Shown in pieces: positions 47,803 through 57,091 of a stretch of DNA of 64,000 bases (its first letter is position 1; each line of letters opens with the position of its first letter). The notes beneath the pieces were generated by a model. It searched no databases. It was not told the origin of the DNA and was given only the letters and a program-made list of their open reading frames with translations. Both the position numbers and the translations under genes were made by a program. This stretch comes from an uncultured Gemmatimonadales bacterium. GTDB lineage: Bacteria > Gemmatimonadota > Gemmatimonadetes > Longimicrobiales > RSA9. The stretch is taken from positions 64,001 to 128,000 of the forward strand of contig CAWCUS010000006.1 of the NCBI GenBank assembly GCA_963798845.1. Direction: 5' to 3'.

Positions 47803-50800
47803 ATGTGCCGCAGAAGCCCCACGACCGTCCACCCTCCTTCGCTCCACACGCTTCACCGACTCGCCAGCATCGCTCTGATCGTCGGGGTGGGCGCGGCCGC
47901 GTGCGACCGGACGAGCACCGCCCCGCCCGAGGGGGGCCTCGCGCCGGACCTGCCGGCGGCGGCGATCACGCTCCCGGCCACCACGGTCGCCATCGCTCCG
48001 AACGGGACCTCCACCACGGGGGTCCCGTACATGACGCTGCCGACCGGCTTCTCAATCGTCGCCATCAACGATCACCACGTCGTGCTTGGGACCGGCATAT
48101 CCCCGAGCCACGGCTTCGACTCGCCCATGACCTGGAGCGGCGGCTCCACCCTGACCGACCTGATGCCCGTGAAGGTGTACGATGCGGGTGCGCGCGGGCA
48201 GGACATCAACAACGCGAACCTGGTGACCGGCTACGGCACCTCGGGGTCCGGCGTCACCGCCGCCTGGGTCTGGGACGGGGGGACCACGACCACGCTCCCC
48301 GACCCGCCGAACTTCCGCTCCAACTCCGAGGGCGCCGCGATCGGGGAGTCCGGGTCCGTCCTGGTCAAGTACGAGCGGAACAGCCCGTTCGGCGATGCGG
48401 CCGCCCTGCTCCCCCCGCCATACACGGCCACCGACTATACCGTCCCGGAGCTGCCGGCCGGAACCGACTACAATCTCATCGCGAGAGACTTCGCGGACGG
48501 CCTGGTGGTGGGGCAGTGGTCCGGCATGGCCTGGGTCTCCAGCGGGGGTGACGGCCCGGTGAATCTCATCACCGGGCTCGGCGCGGACGCCACCAACGGC
48601 ACGCTGGTCGCCGGTCGGGCCAGCTTCGATGGGAGCATCCATGCCGCCCTCCTCGACGTCCTCGGCGGGGCGCCCCAGGACCTCGGCACCCTCGGCGGGA
48701 GCTTCAGCGTCCCCACCGCCATGAACGCCAACGGCTGGATCGCAGGGTACGGCCCCCCGGCGGTCGGCGCCAACCACGGGTTCGCGTGGCGGCCGGCGGA
48801 CGGGCTCACGGACCTCGGGACGATCCCCGGCCACACCCTCAGCCAGGCGTACGACATCGACGTCCACGGCCACGTCCTGGGCTTCAGCCAGACCACGGCC
48901 GCGGACCGCGTGCCCGTGATCTGGTTCCCCTACGGCACAGCGACGAACCAGCCCCCGGACGTGGAGGTCATCGGCCCCCAGACCGCGCCGGCAGGCGTGG
49001 AATACGTGCTGGTCCCGGGCGTCACCGACCCCGAGGACGACCCGTTCACCATCTCGTGGAGCGGCGACATCCCGGCCGGCGCCGTCACCGACGGCTCCTT
49101 CACCTGGACCCCCGGGATCGACGACGTCGGTGCCTACACCATCACCGTCACGGCGACCCAGGACAGTGACCCGTCGCTCTTCGACAGCGAGACCTTCCTC
49201 CTGACCGTCGAGGCGCCGGAGCTGCCCGACGCCGACCTGTCGGTCTCGATCGCGCCCGCGGCCGCCGGCCCGTCTCTGATCGGGCAGGAAGCGGGATACG
49301 TGGCGACCATCCACAACGCCGGCCCGGATCCCGTCGTCCCCGAGCTCACCGTGGCCCTGGAGTTCCGGGACCAGTCGGCGTGGGGGGCGCACCCGACCGA
49401 GGCGATCATCAACGGCATCTTCTTCCTCGAGCTCCCGGAGCTCGCGGTCGGAGCATCTGCCGACGTGCCCCTCGGCGTCCAGTTCCTGGCGTTCGGCTCC
49501 CAGCAGGTGACCGCGACCGTCGGCGGGGCGTACAACGACGCGACGTCGACGAACGACGTGTCGAGCCTGCTCCAGGCCGTGGACCTCCCGCTCGACCACG
49601 CCGACCTCGAGCCGGCGGCGCTGGCGGTGCCCGGCACCGCGACGACCGACGGCGAGCCGCTGGTGGTGGTCGGCGTCCGGGTACCGGCCGCCCTCGTCGC
49701 AGGCACCGAGCCCGGCATGCCGGACATGTTCGTGCCGATCACCATGACCCCAACGCTGGTCCCGGGAGACCAGTACGTGCCGGGCGACCAGTACCTGCCG
49801 GGCGACCAGTACCTGCCGGGCGACATGTACGTGCCGGGTGACCAGTACGTCCCGGGCGACATGTACGTACCGGGTGACCAGTACGTGCCGGGCGACCAGT
49901 ACGTCCCGGGCGACCAGTACGTACCCGGCGATCAATACATCCCCGCACGCAACCTATGGGTCGCCGGGATCGCTCGCCTCTCGGACGGCACGACTCCCCC
50001 GGGCCGGGTGCTGCTCCAGGGCAGCGACGGGACCGACCTGCTGGTGTCCGCTCCGGGCGACACGGAGCTGACGGTCGGGATCCGGGACGACGGCGTGCTC
50101 GCCCTGGCGGCGTCGGGCGGCACCATGGACGCGTCGCTCCTGCTCTGCGGCGGCGATTTCGCCGTGTCCATGGGCGGCGGCGACGCGGGCTCGCTGGCGT
50201 GCGGCTCCCTCACGGTCGAGACGCTGGCGGGCGAGATCGTCGTGGAAACGCTGGACGGAACGCTGGTGGCGGTCGCCGCCGGCGCGGCCGTGAGGATCTT
50301 CGAGGCGGTGGGAGGCGGCTGGGAAGCTGAGATCCTCGCCGGCACCTCCGACGACGTGACCATCACTCCGCCGGCTTCGAACGCGCCACCGACAGCCGCG
50401 CCGGGCGGGCCCTACGTCGCCGCCATCGGGACGGCGCTCACCGTGGACGGGACCGGGTCGTCCGATCCCGATGGCGACGCCCTCACGTACGACTGGCACT
50501 TCGATGACGGGAGCGCCGGCGGCATCACGGCCACGGGGCCGACGCCGTCGCTGCCGATGCCGTCCGAGCCCGGGCTGTACACCCTGTCGCTCACGGTTGA
50601 GGACCCTGATGGCGCTTCGTCGACCGCGGCGACGGAGGTCGCCGTGTACGACCCCGACGGGGGCTCGGTGACCGGGGCCGGGTGGTTCGACTCGCCGCCG
50701 GGGGCCATGGCGGCCGATCCGACGGTGGAGGGCCGCGCCACGTTCGGCTTCCACGTCCGGTACAGGAAGGGCCGGTCCACGCCCGAAGGCCACGCGCGGC

Positions 50801-51042
50801 TCACCTTCCAGGCCGGCGACCTCGCCCTGGCGAGCGACCTGTTCGACTGGCTCGTCGTGGGTGGAAGCATGGCGCGTTTCCGGGGCGAGGGGTACCTGGA
50901 AGGCCGCGCCGATCCGGTTCGGTTCGAGATCATCGGCCGGGACCCTGACGAGCTCCGCGTCCGGATCTGGGACGCGGCGGGGGCGATCTACGACAGCGGC
51001 GACGTGGTGCTCGGCGGAGGGCGCATCGTGGTGAAGGACTGA
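47803..51042 (+). CDS. Large exported lipoprotein: HAF-type repeats, Ig-like, DUF11-like, PGDQY repeat tract, PKD and C-terminal beta domain
   Basis: Lipobox-like GAAAC; DLGTLGG..AMNANG repeats; ADLSVSI..NAGPD; NAPPTAAPGGPY..SSDPDGDALTYDW; start uncertain. Confidence 0.85.
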   Translation: MCRRSPTTVHPPSLHTLHRLASIALIVGVGAAACDRTSTAPPEGGLAPDLPAAAITLPATTVAIAPNGTSTTGVPYMTLPTGFSIVAINDHHVVLGTGISPSHGFDSPMTWSGGSTLTDLMPVKVYDAGARGQDINNANLVTGYGTSGSGVTAAWVWDGGTTTTLPDPPNFRSNSEGAAIGESGSVLVKYERNSPFGDAAALLPPPYTATDYTVPELPAGTDYNLIARDFADGLVVGQWSGMAWVSSGGDGPVNLITGLGADATNGTLVAGRASFDGSIHAALLDVLGGAPQDLGTLGGSFSVPTAMNANGWIAGYGPPAVGANHGFAWRPADGLTDLGTIPGHTLSQAYDIDVHGHVLGFSQTTAADRVPVIWFPYGTATNQPPDVEVIGPQTAPAGVEYVLVPGVTDPEDDPFTISWSGDIPAGAVTDGSFTWTPGIDDVGAYTITVTATQDSDPSLFDSETFLLTVEAPELPDADLSVSIAPAAAGPSLIGQEAGYVATIHNAGPDPVVPELTVALEFRDQSAWGAHPTEAIINGIFFLELPELAVGASADVPLGVQFLAFGSQQVTATVGGAYNDATSTNDVSSLLQAVDLPLDHADLEPAALAVPGTATTDGEPLVVVGVRVPAALVAGTEPGMPDMFVPITMTPTLVPGDQYVPGDQYLPGDQYLPGDMYVPGDQYVPGDMYVPGDQYVPGDQYVPGDQYVPGDQYIPARNLWVAGIARLSDGTTPPGRVLLQGSDGTDLLVSAPGDTELTVGIRDDGVLALAASGGTMDASLLLCGGDFAVSMGGGDAGSLACGSLTVETLAGEIVVETLDGTLVAVAAGAAVRIFEAVGGGWEAEILAGTSDDVTITPPASNAPPTAAPGGPYVAAIGTALTVDGTGSSDPDGDALTYDWHFDDGSAGGITATGPTPSLPMPSEPGLYTLSLTVEDPDGASSTAATEVAVYDPDGGSVTGAGWFDSPPGAMAADPTVEGRATFGFHVRYRKGRSTPEGHARLTFQAGDLALASDLFDWLVVGGSMARFRGEGYLEGRADPVRFEIIGRDPDELRVRIWDAAGAIYDSGDVVLGGGRIVVKD
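49762..49941 (+). repeat. 10 x 18-bp coding tandem repeat, PGD[QM]Y[VLI]
   Basis: Counted directly; synonymous codon variation between units. Confidence 0.97.
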
Positions 51043-51059
51043 CCCCCGGATCGCCGTCG

Positions 51060-51102
51060 ACGCGCGGCCCGGCCGTCCTCTTCCGGCGGCCGGGCCGCGC
51101 GT
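51060..51102. terminator. Strong hairpin between convergent genes (possible bidirectional terminator)
   Basis: Perfect 16-bp stem ACGCGCGGCCCGGCCG / CGGCCGGGCCGCGCGT with an 11-nt loop; no U tract. Confidence 0.6.
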
Positions 51103-51116
51103 GCGTCGAGGATCCC

Positions 51117-53660
51117 TCAGCGAGCGGCAGTACCTGCCGCCTCCGACGCCAGTACGCACTCCTCCAGGTACTTGGGCGGCGCGTGCGGGTCGGCCCTCAG
51201 GAGCGCCAGTCCGGTCCGGAGCTGGGAGTCCCCCTCCGGCCCGGTGCCGGTCCGCGCCAGCGCCGCTCCCAGCCGGCACCGCGCCACGCCGATGGCGTAG
51301 TGCTCCGCGGGCAGCGCAGCCTCGAGGATGTCGAGCGCGCCGCGGGCCACCTCCGCCGCTTCCGTCGGCCGGTCCAGCTTCAGCAGGATCCCGGCCCGGG
51401 TAAGAAGCGGGTATGCGCGCACCGGATGGCCGGGCGCGGTGGTCCGGAGGAAGATCTGGTGGGCGCGGGCGGCGAGGGAGTCGGCCTCGGACAGCGCGCC
51501 CAGATCCTGGAGGGCGCTCGCGAGGTTCTGCATGCTGTCGCCGACGCCGGTGTTCCAGTCTGTACCGGCCATCCGCCGCCGAGCCCGCAGAAGGGCCCGG
51601 TGGACCTCGACGGCCTCGAGGGTCCTGCCGGCCTTCTGATAGGTCGTGGCAAGGTTGTTGAGCGTGGTGAGGGTCTGGTTGTGGTCGGGCCCGGCTGTAC
51701 GCTCGAGGACGGGCAGCGCGGTCCGGTACAGACGGATGGCCTCATCGTAGAGGAGCCGCTTGTCGAGCACCGCAGCGAGCTGGACCGCCGCGAGGGCGGT
51801 GCTCGGGTGGGCCTCGCCCCGGTCCGTGCGCGTGATCTCGAGCGCTTCCCGGGCCGCCCGCTCGGCGGCGTCCAGCCTTCCCTCCACGGCGTACCCGTAG
51901 GCGAGGTGTCCCAGCACACCGGCGACTTCCGCCCGGTACCGCGGACCCGCCGACCGGTAGATGGAAAGAGCCTCCTCGCCCAGGGCGGGATCGGCCGGCG
52001 GCAGCCGGGTCAGCTGCAGCCACATCAGCTCCCCCAGCGCCTCCGCGAGTCGCGGGTCGTCCGCGGGAACGGAGCTCCGGAGCGTTCCGACCGCGCGCCT
52101 CAGCAGGACGGCGGCCGAGTCCCAGTTCTCCCCCCGGAGCGTCGCGGCCAACGTCAGGAGGTCGGACGCGAACTCGGGCGTGGCCTCCAGCCCGGCCGCG
52201 CTCCGGATGGCCACCGCCTCCTCGATCACGAGCCGGGCGCGTCCCGGCCGGTCGATGCTGTACAGCACGGAAGCCACCGCCGCCAGAAGATCGGCGCGGG
52301 CCACGGGATCGTCCCGGAGGTCGGTCCTGATGCGGTCCACTGCGGGGTCGAGGGCTTCGGCTACTGTCAGGTCGGGTCGCGCCGGGTCCTCGCTCTTGAA
52401 CGGATCTGCGCTTCGGAACAGGTCGACCAGGAACCCCTTTATGCGCTCGGCCCGTTCCGCCTGGACACTCGCCGCGTTCCGCTCCCGCTCCAGCCGCTGG
52501 ATGCCGACGACCAGCGTCCCGACATACGAGGTGAGGCCCAGGAGCAGGAGCGCGGCCACGGGCGGCGCCCAGCGGTTCCGCCGCGCCCATTTCCAGACAC
52601 GCAGCCATCCCGGGGTGGGCCGGGCCGTGATCGGCCGCCCCTCGCGGTGGCGGCGGATGTCCTCGGCGAGGGCCTCCACGGACGCATAACGGTCGCCGGG
52701 CTCGAGAGCCAGCGCCTTGAGGACCACGGTGTCGAGCTCCCCGGTGAGCCCCGTCGTGTCGCCGGCTTCACGGTCCAGGGGCCCGCCGCCGGTGAGAAGG
52801 GCGTGGAGCACCAGCCCCAGCTGGTACACGTCGGAAGCCGTCGTAACGGTCCCGCCGCGGCGCTGTTCCGGGCTCGCCCATCGTCTCGTCTGGGGAGCCG
52901 CGCCGACCTCCGTCAGGTCGGCCGCGGCACGGGGGTCCAGGACCTTGGCGATGCCGAAGTCCAGCAGCTTCACGCGCCCGGAGGCGTCCACGAGGATGTT
53001 CGCGGGCTTCAGGTCGCGGTGGACCACGAGGTGCCGGTGCGCCTCTCCCACCGCGGCGGCCACCTGAAGGAAGAGATTCAACCGGGCCGGCTGCGACAGC
53101 TCCCGTTCGGCCGCCCACCGGGTGATGGCCACGCCGTCGACCTTCTCCATCACGAAATAGGGGCGGCCATCCTCCGTCGCCCCCCCGTCCAGCATGCGCG
53201 CGACGTTGGGGTGTGCGAAGTCCGAGAGGATCTGCCGCTCGGCGAGGAAGCGCTCCACGACCCGGTCCGTGTCGAGGCCACGCCGTAGGACCTTGAGTGC
53301 GACGACCTGCCGGTACGCCCCGTCGATCCGCTCGGCCTCGTAGACGGTCGCCATGCCGCCGACGCCCAGCTCTCCGACGACGCGGTAGCGGTCCACCACG
53401 TCCCCGACCGACAACGCACCGCTGGCGACCGGGTCGGAAGCCAGTGCCGCGGCCACGAGCTGCGGCCCCGGGCGCGATCCGCGTTCGTCGCCCGTCTCGA
53501 GCGCGGCCAGGAGGCGGTGCACGGCCGCCGCGAGGGCTTCGTCATCGCCGCAGCGAAGCCGAAGCAGACGCTCACGGTCGGCCGGAAGGTGGTCCAGGAC
53601 CTCCTCGAACACACGATCGACCTCTTCCCATCGCGACCAGATGGTGTCTCGCTCGGCCAT
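51117..53660 (-). CDS. Membrane Ser/Thr protein kinase with TPR array
   Basis: GVGGMA, VALK, HRDLKPAN, DFG, WASPEQ; TM helix; TPRs; paralogue of 34778-37453. Confidence 0.95.
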   Translation of the reverse strand: MAERDTIWSRWEEVDRVFEEVLDHLPADRERLLRLRCGDDEALAAAVHRLLAALETGDERGSRPGPQLVAAALASDPVASGALSVGDVVDRYRVVGELGVGGMATVYEAERIDGAYRQVVALKVLRRGLDTDRVVERFLAERQILSDFAHPNVARMLDGGATEDGRPYFVMEKVDGVAITRWAAERELSQPARLNLFLQVAAAVGEAHRHLVVHRDLKPANILVDASGRVKLLDFGIAKVLDPRAAADLTEVGAAPQTRRWASPEQRRGGTVTTASDVYQLGLVLHALLTGGGPLDREAGDTTGLTGELDTVVLKALALEPGDRYASVEALAEDIRRHREGRPITARPTPGWLRVWKWARRNRWAPPVAALLLLGLTSYVGTLVVGIQRLERERNAASVQAERAERIKGFLVDLFRSADPFKSEDPARPDLTVAEALDPAVDRIRTDLRDDPVARADLLAAVASVLYSIDRPGRARLVIEEAVAIRSAAGLEATPEFASDLLTLAATLRGENWDSAAVLLRRAVGTLRSSVPADDPRLAEALGELMWLQLTRLPPADPALGEEALSIYRSAGPRYRAEVAGVLGHLAYGYAVEGRLDAAERAAREALEITRTDRGEAHPSTALAAVQLAAVLDKRLLYDEAIRLYRTALPVLERTAGPDHNQTLTTLNNLATTYQKAGRTLEAVEVHRALLRARRRMAGTDWNTGVGDSMQNLASALQDLGALSEADSLAARAHQIFLRTTAPGHPVRAYPLLTRAGILLKLDRPTEAAEVARGALDILEAALPAEHYAIGVARCRLGAALARTGTGPEGDSQLRTGLALLRADPHAPPKYLEECVLASEAAGTAAR

Positions 53661-53709
53661 CGCTCTTCGTGGATAGGGGACGGGTTACACGGTGGCGGGA
53701 CCTGGCCGG

Positions 53710-54303
53710 TCAGTGCGCCGGTTGCGTCCCCTCGGGCCCGGGCACCGGATCCAGCGCCGCCAGCAGATACGCTCGCGCCCGCGTCCATTCCCGGACGACC
53801 GTGCGCGGAGAGGCTCCGATCGCCTCGGCGGTCTCGTCAATGGAAAGCCCCCCGTAGAAACGGCACTCGACGACCTTCGCCATCCGCTCGCTACGGGCGG
53901 CGAGGGCGTCCAGAGCCGCCTCGACCTGGAGGATGTCGACCGCCTGGCCATCCGCGACATCCTCCGCCTCCGCGAGGGGAACCCTGACGCGCGTTCCGCC
54001 CCTCTTCTCCGCGGCCCGCGTGCGCGCGTAATCGATCAGGATCCGCCTCATGACCTTCGAGCAGAAGGCGAAGAAGTGGGCCCGGCTGGGCCACACGCCC
54101 TCGTGACCCCCCGCCAGGCGGAGGTACGCCTCGTGGACCAGCGCCGTCGCGTCGATCGTCGGATCCGCGCCGTCCAGCCGCACGTGCCGTCGGGCCAGTC
54201 GCCGCAGCTTCGGGTATGTCAGCGCCATCAGCTGTTCGAACGCGGCGTCATCGCCGTCACTCCAGCGCTGCGCTAGCTCCGTGATGTCGTCCATCGGGGC
54301 CAT
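53710..54303 (-). CDS. ECF sigma factor, Ser/Thr-kinase-associated type
   Basis: TIDATALVHEAYLRL, MRRILIDYAR, VECRFYGGL, VVREWTRARA. Confidence 0.93.
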   Translation of the reverse strand: MAPMDDITELAQRWSDGDDAAFEQLMALTYPKLRRLARRHVRLDGADPTIDATALVHEAYLRLAGGHEGVWPSRAHFFAFCSKVMRRILIDYARTRAAEKRGGTRVRVPLAEAEDVADGQAVDILQVEAALDALAARSERMAKVVECRFYGGLSIDETAEAIGASPRTVVREWTRARAYLLAALDPVPGPEGTQPAH

Positions 54304-54407
54304 GCACTCGCTCGCTCCTTCCCGCGCCGCGAGGGGCTCAGAGTCCGGGAAAGTCTGCCCCCGGCAGCGTCACCGAGGACCGGCGTCAGGCGGTCGAGCC
54401 GCGCACG

Positions 54408-56390
54408 TCAGCGCACGATAGAGCTCATCACGCGCTCGTAATGGAGCCCACGGATCGCGGCTTCGAACGCCTTCTTAAGCTTGATCCCGGGGAACCTGTG
54501 CTGGCGCGCACGCGCTTCGAAATAGCGGCGGGCCTCCTCGCAGACCATGCGCACGTCCGCCACCGTCGGCCGCCCGGCGGCTGCGCGCTCCCGGATTCTG
54601 GCGATCCTCTCCTTCACCTCCGCCATGCTCAGGTCGGGGCGGAAGCGCACCAGGTATTCCTGGGCGAGCCCGGCGAGCTCCCCCACGCGCTGCGCGTCCG
54701 GGAGCCAGCGGCCGACGCCGTCATCCCGGAGGCGGCGGGCCAGGCGGCCAAGGCCTCGCGCCTCACGGCGCGACGCCCGGCCAAGGCGCACGTCGAGCCG
54801 TGACGCCGACCAGAGGAGAGCGAAGTAGCGCCGGTCCAGGCGCGCGATGCCCTGCATCCAGACGGACGCCGCTGCGCCCTTGAGATAGCCCAGGTCCAGC
54901 TTCATGGGTGCGAACAGGTGGTGCCGCACGGTCGACACGGTGTCATACGCGCGACGGTAGATCTCCACTGAGTTGAAGAGGCGGGAGAGGATCTCACGGA
55001 TGCCCGTCTCCAGCTCCGCCGCGCTCATTCGACGCGGCTCCAGCTGGACCGCGTCGTCGGTGTTGTTCCCGGTGAACTCCGCCTGACGCAGCCGTCCCTC
55101 CCGCTTGAGCCGCTCGTACAGCGGGGTGAACGGCACCGGCGTCAGCATGCCGGTCATGGCCGTGAAGATCCGGGTGCGCTTGACGAACTCCACGATCCGG
55201 TCCACCGTGGACGGCGTGTCCTCGTCCCCCCCGAGGATGAAGCCGGCGAACACCTCGATGCCGGAGGCCTGGAGCGTGCGGATGCTCCCGGGCACGTCCA
55301 CCTTGATGTTCTGCTTCTTGTTCATCTGCCGGAGCGCGTCGGGATCGGGATTCTCGATCCCCAGGAACACGGCCTGGAAGCCCGCCAGCCGCATCTTCTC
55401 GACCAGGTGCGCCAGCTTCGGCGTCCCGAGGTTGACGCTCGCCTGCGTGAGGAAGGCGAACGGATAGCCGTGCTCGTGCTGGAAGTCGATCATGGCGTCC
55501 AGCACCGCGGAGATCCCCTCGGGCGAGCCGATGAAGTTGTCGTCCACGCTGAACACGCCGCCACGGAAGCCCGTCGCGAGGATCGCCTCCAGCTCGCGCC
55601 GTACCACCGCCGGCGGCTTCGGTCTGTTGAACCCGCCATTGAACTGGACGATGTCACAGAAGTCGCACCGGAACGGGCAGCCGGCGGTGGTCTGGATCAT
55701 CATGGACTCGTAGTCGCTCACCCGCACCAGGTCCCAGCGCGGCAGCGGCACATCGTCCAGCGGCAGGAAGATGGAGCGGTCGTTGAGGTACTCCCGGGAC
55801 CCGGGCTCCACCCGCGCGACGGCCTCCGGGATCAGCAGCCGGGGCGCCCCCGCCTCGTGCGTCGGAGCGCCGTCCAGCCACTGCATCAGCGAACCGATCG
55901 CGCCACCCGCCTCGCCCCATACCAGCACGTCCAGTGCTTCGTGGAGGGTCCGGTCCGACTCCGAGGTCGGGTGCAGGATCTCCTCCCTGTAGGACGACGC
56001 CAGTGGGCCGCCCAGCACGACCGGCGTTCCCGTCCCCCGGGCCGGGCCCTCCAGCACTCGCACCAGCGACCTCTTCTGGATCGACATGGCGCTGGCGAAC
56101 ACCACGTCGGCCGCGGCGATCTTCCGGCGCAGCTCCGAATCGGATGGCACCCCGACGTTCAGATCCACCAGCTCCAGCTCCCACGATTCCGGCAGGTAGC
56201 CCGCGAACGCGAGCAGTCCCAGCGGCGGGAAGGTGGCCTTGCGGCCGATCAGCCGAAGGATGTACCTGAAGCTCCAGAACGAGTCGTACGGGAACTCGGG
56301 GACCAGGAGGAGAGCCCGCTTCGAATCGGGGCGCTCGGAGCGCTCCGGTTCACGGGTTTCCCGGCTGGCCGGACTCGCCGGTGTCGGCAC
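54408..56390 (-). CDS. Cobalamin-binding radical SAM enzyme (class B; DUF4070/HpnP-like architecture)
   Basis: SFWSF..FPPLGLL..LVDLNV and VLGGP (B12-binding domain), GCPFRCDFC (CxxxCxxC), VDDNFIG, FLGIE, GFILGGD; GTG start inferred. Confidence 0.92.
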   Translation of the reverse strand: MPTPASPASRETREPERSERPDSKRALLLVPEFPYDSFWSFRYILRLIGRKATFPPLGLLAFAGYLPESWELELVDLNVGVPSDSELRRKIAAADVVFASAMSIQKRSLVRVLEGPARGTGTPVVLGGPLASSYREEILHPTSESDRTLHEALDVLVWGEAGGAIGSLMQWLDGAPTHEAGAPRLLIPEAVARVEPGSREYLNDRSIFLPLDDVPLPRWDLVRVSDYESMMIQTTAGCPFRCDFCDIVQFNGGFNRPKPPAVVRRELEAILATGFRGGVFSVDDNFIGSPEGISAVLDAMIDFQHEHGYPFAFLTQASVNLGTPKLAHLVEKMRLAGFQAVFLGIENPDPDALRQMNKKQNIKVDVPGSIRTLQASGIEVFAGFILGGDEDTPSTVDRIVEFVKRTRIFTAMTGMLTPVPFTPLYERLKREGRLRQAEFTGNNTDDAVQLEPRRMSAAELETGIREILSRLFNSVEIYRRAYDTVSTVRHHLFAPMKLDLGYLKGAAASVWMQGIARLDRRYFALLWSASRLDVRLGRASRREARGLGRLARRLRDDGVGRWLPDAQRVGELAGLAQEYLVRFRPDLSMAEVKERIARIRERAAAGRPTVADVRMVCEEARRYFEARARQHRFPGIKLKKAFEAAIRGLHYERVMSSIVR

Positions 56391-56688
56391 GTGACCGCCT
56401 TCTGTACTCGGGTGGCTGCGCGGATCGCTCGCATGGGGCGGCGCTCCATGAACATCAGTTCCGGGCTCCGCCAGCGCAAGCGAGACCCGTCCCACTCCGA
56501 CTGCGACCCGCCGCCCCTGCCCCGGCCGCACCGCCCCCACGCCTTCAATCCTGAGCCCACGCCAGCGGGATCAGGCAGCCCAGCAGCTTCGGGGCTCTCC
56601 GGACCTGGCTCGGCTCCGGCTCTTCCAGCTCATGACCCGGCGCCACCATCCGGCGCAACCGGTTCCGGGTAGCCGATGTCGCAGCCCT

Positions 56689-56745
56689 TCTCCTTGACAA
56701 GTTAGGAGAGCGGAGCGCATCCTGTTCCCAACCTGAATAGGAGAA
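56689..56745 (+). promoter_or_regulatory. padR promoter with palindromic operator over the -35
   Basis: TCTCCT-TGACAAGTT-AGGAGA contains TTGACA; CATCCT lies 18 nt downstream; a weaker second site overlaps the SD. Confidence 0.65.
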
Positions 56746-56748
56746 CCG

Positions 56749-57090
56749 ATGGCTGAACAGGCCGACCTCCTCCCCGGCACGCTGGACCTCCTCATCCTCA
56801 AGGCCGTTTCCCTCGGGAAACTGCACGGCTACGGCGTGCTGCTCCGAATCGAACAGATCTCCGGGGGTGCGCTCGAGATCCAGCAGGGGGCGTTGTACCC
56901 GGCGCTGTACCGATTGGAGCACCAGGGGCTGATCGAGAGCGAGTGGGGGAAGTCGGAGAACAACCGGCGCGCGAAGTTCTACAGGCTGACGGCGGCGGGC
57001 CGTGGTCGGCTGGGCGAGGAGGAGGCGAGCTGGAAGCGACTGGTGGCGGCGATGACGGCGGCGCTGAACGCGACGCCACAGGAGATCTGA
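56749..57090 (+). CDS. PadR family regulator (acidobacterial ADOP-associated type)
   Basis: PGTLDLLILKAV..LHGYGV..QGALYPALYRLE..ENNRRAKFY. Confidence 0.95.
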   Translation: MAEQADLLPGTLDLLILKAVSLGKLHGYGVLLRIEQISGGALEIQQGALYPALYRLEHQGLIESEWGKSENNRRAKFYRLTAAGRGRLGEEEASWKRLVAAMTAALNATPQEI

Positions 57091-57091
57091 G

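Noticed and set aside
49762..49941. 18-bp repeats as a CRISPR array
   Set aside because: The units are contiguous with no unique spacers, are in frame within a CDS, vary at synonymous positions, and no cas genes are present.
54408..56390. Naming the radical SAM gene hpnP
   Set aside because: The architecture is shared by many uncharacterised DUF4070-type enzymes and there is no hopanoid gene context.
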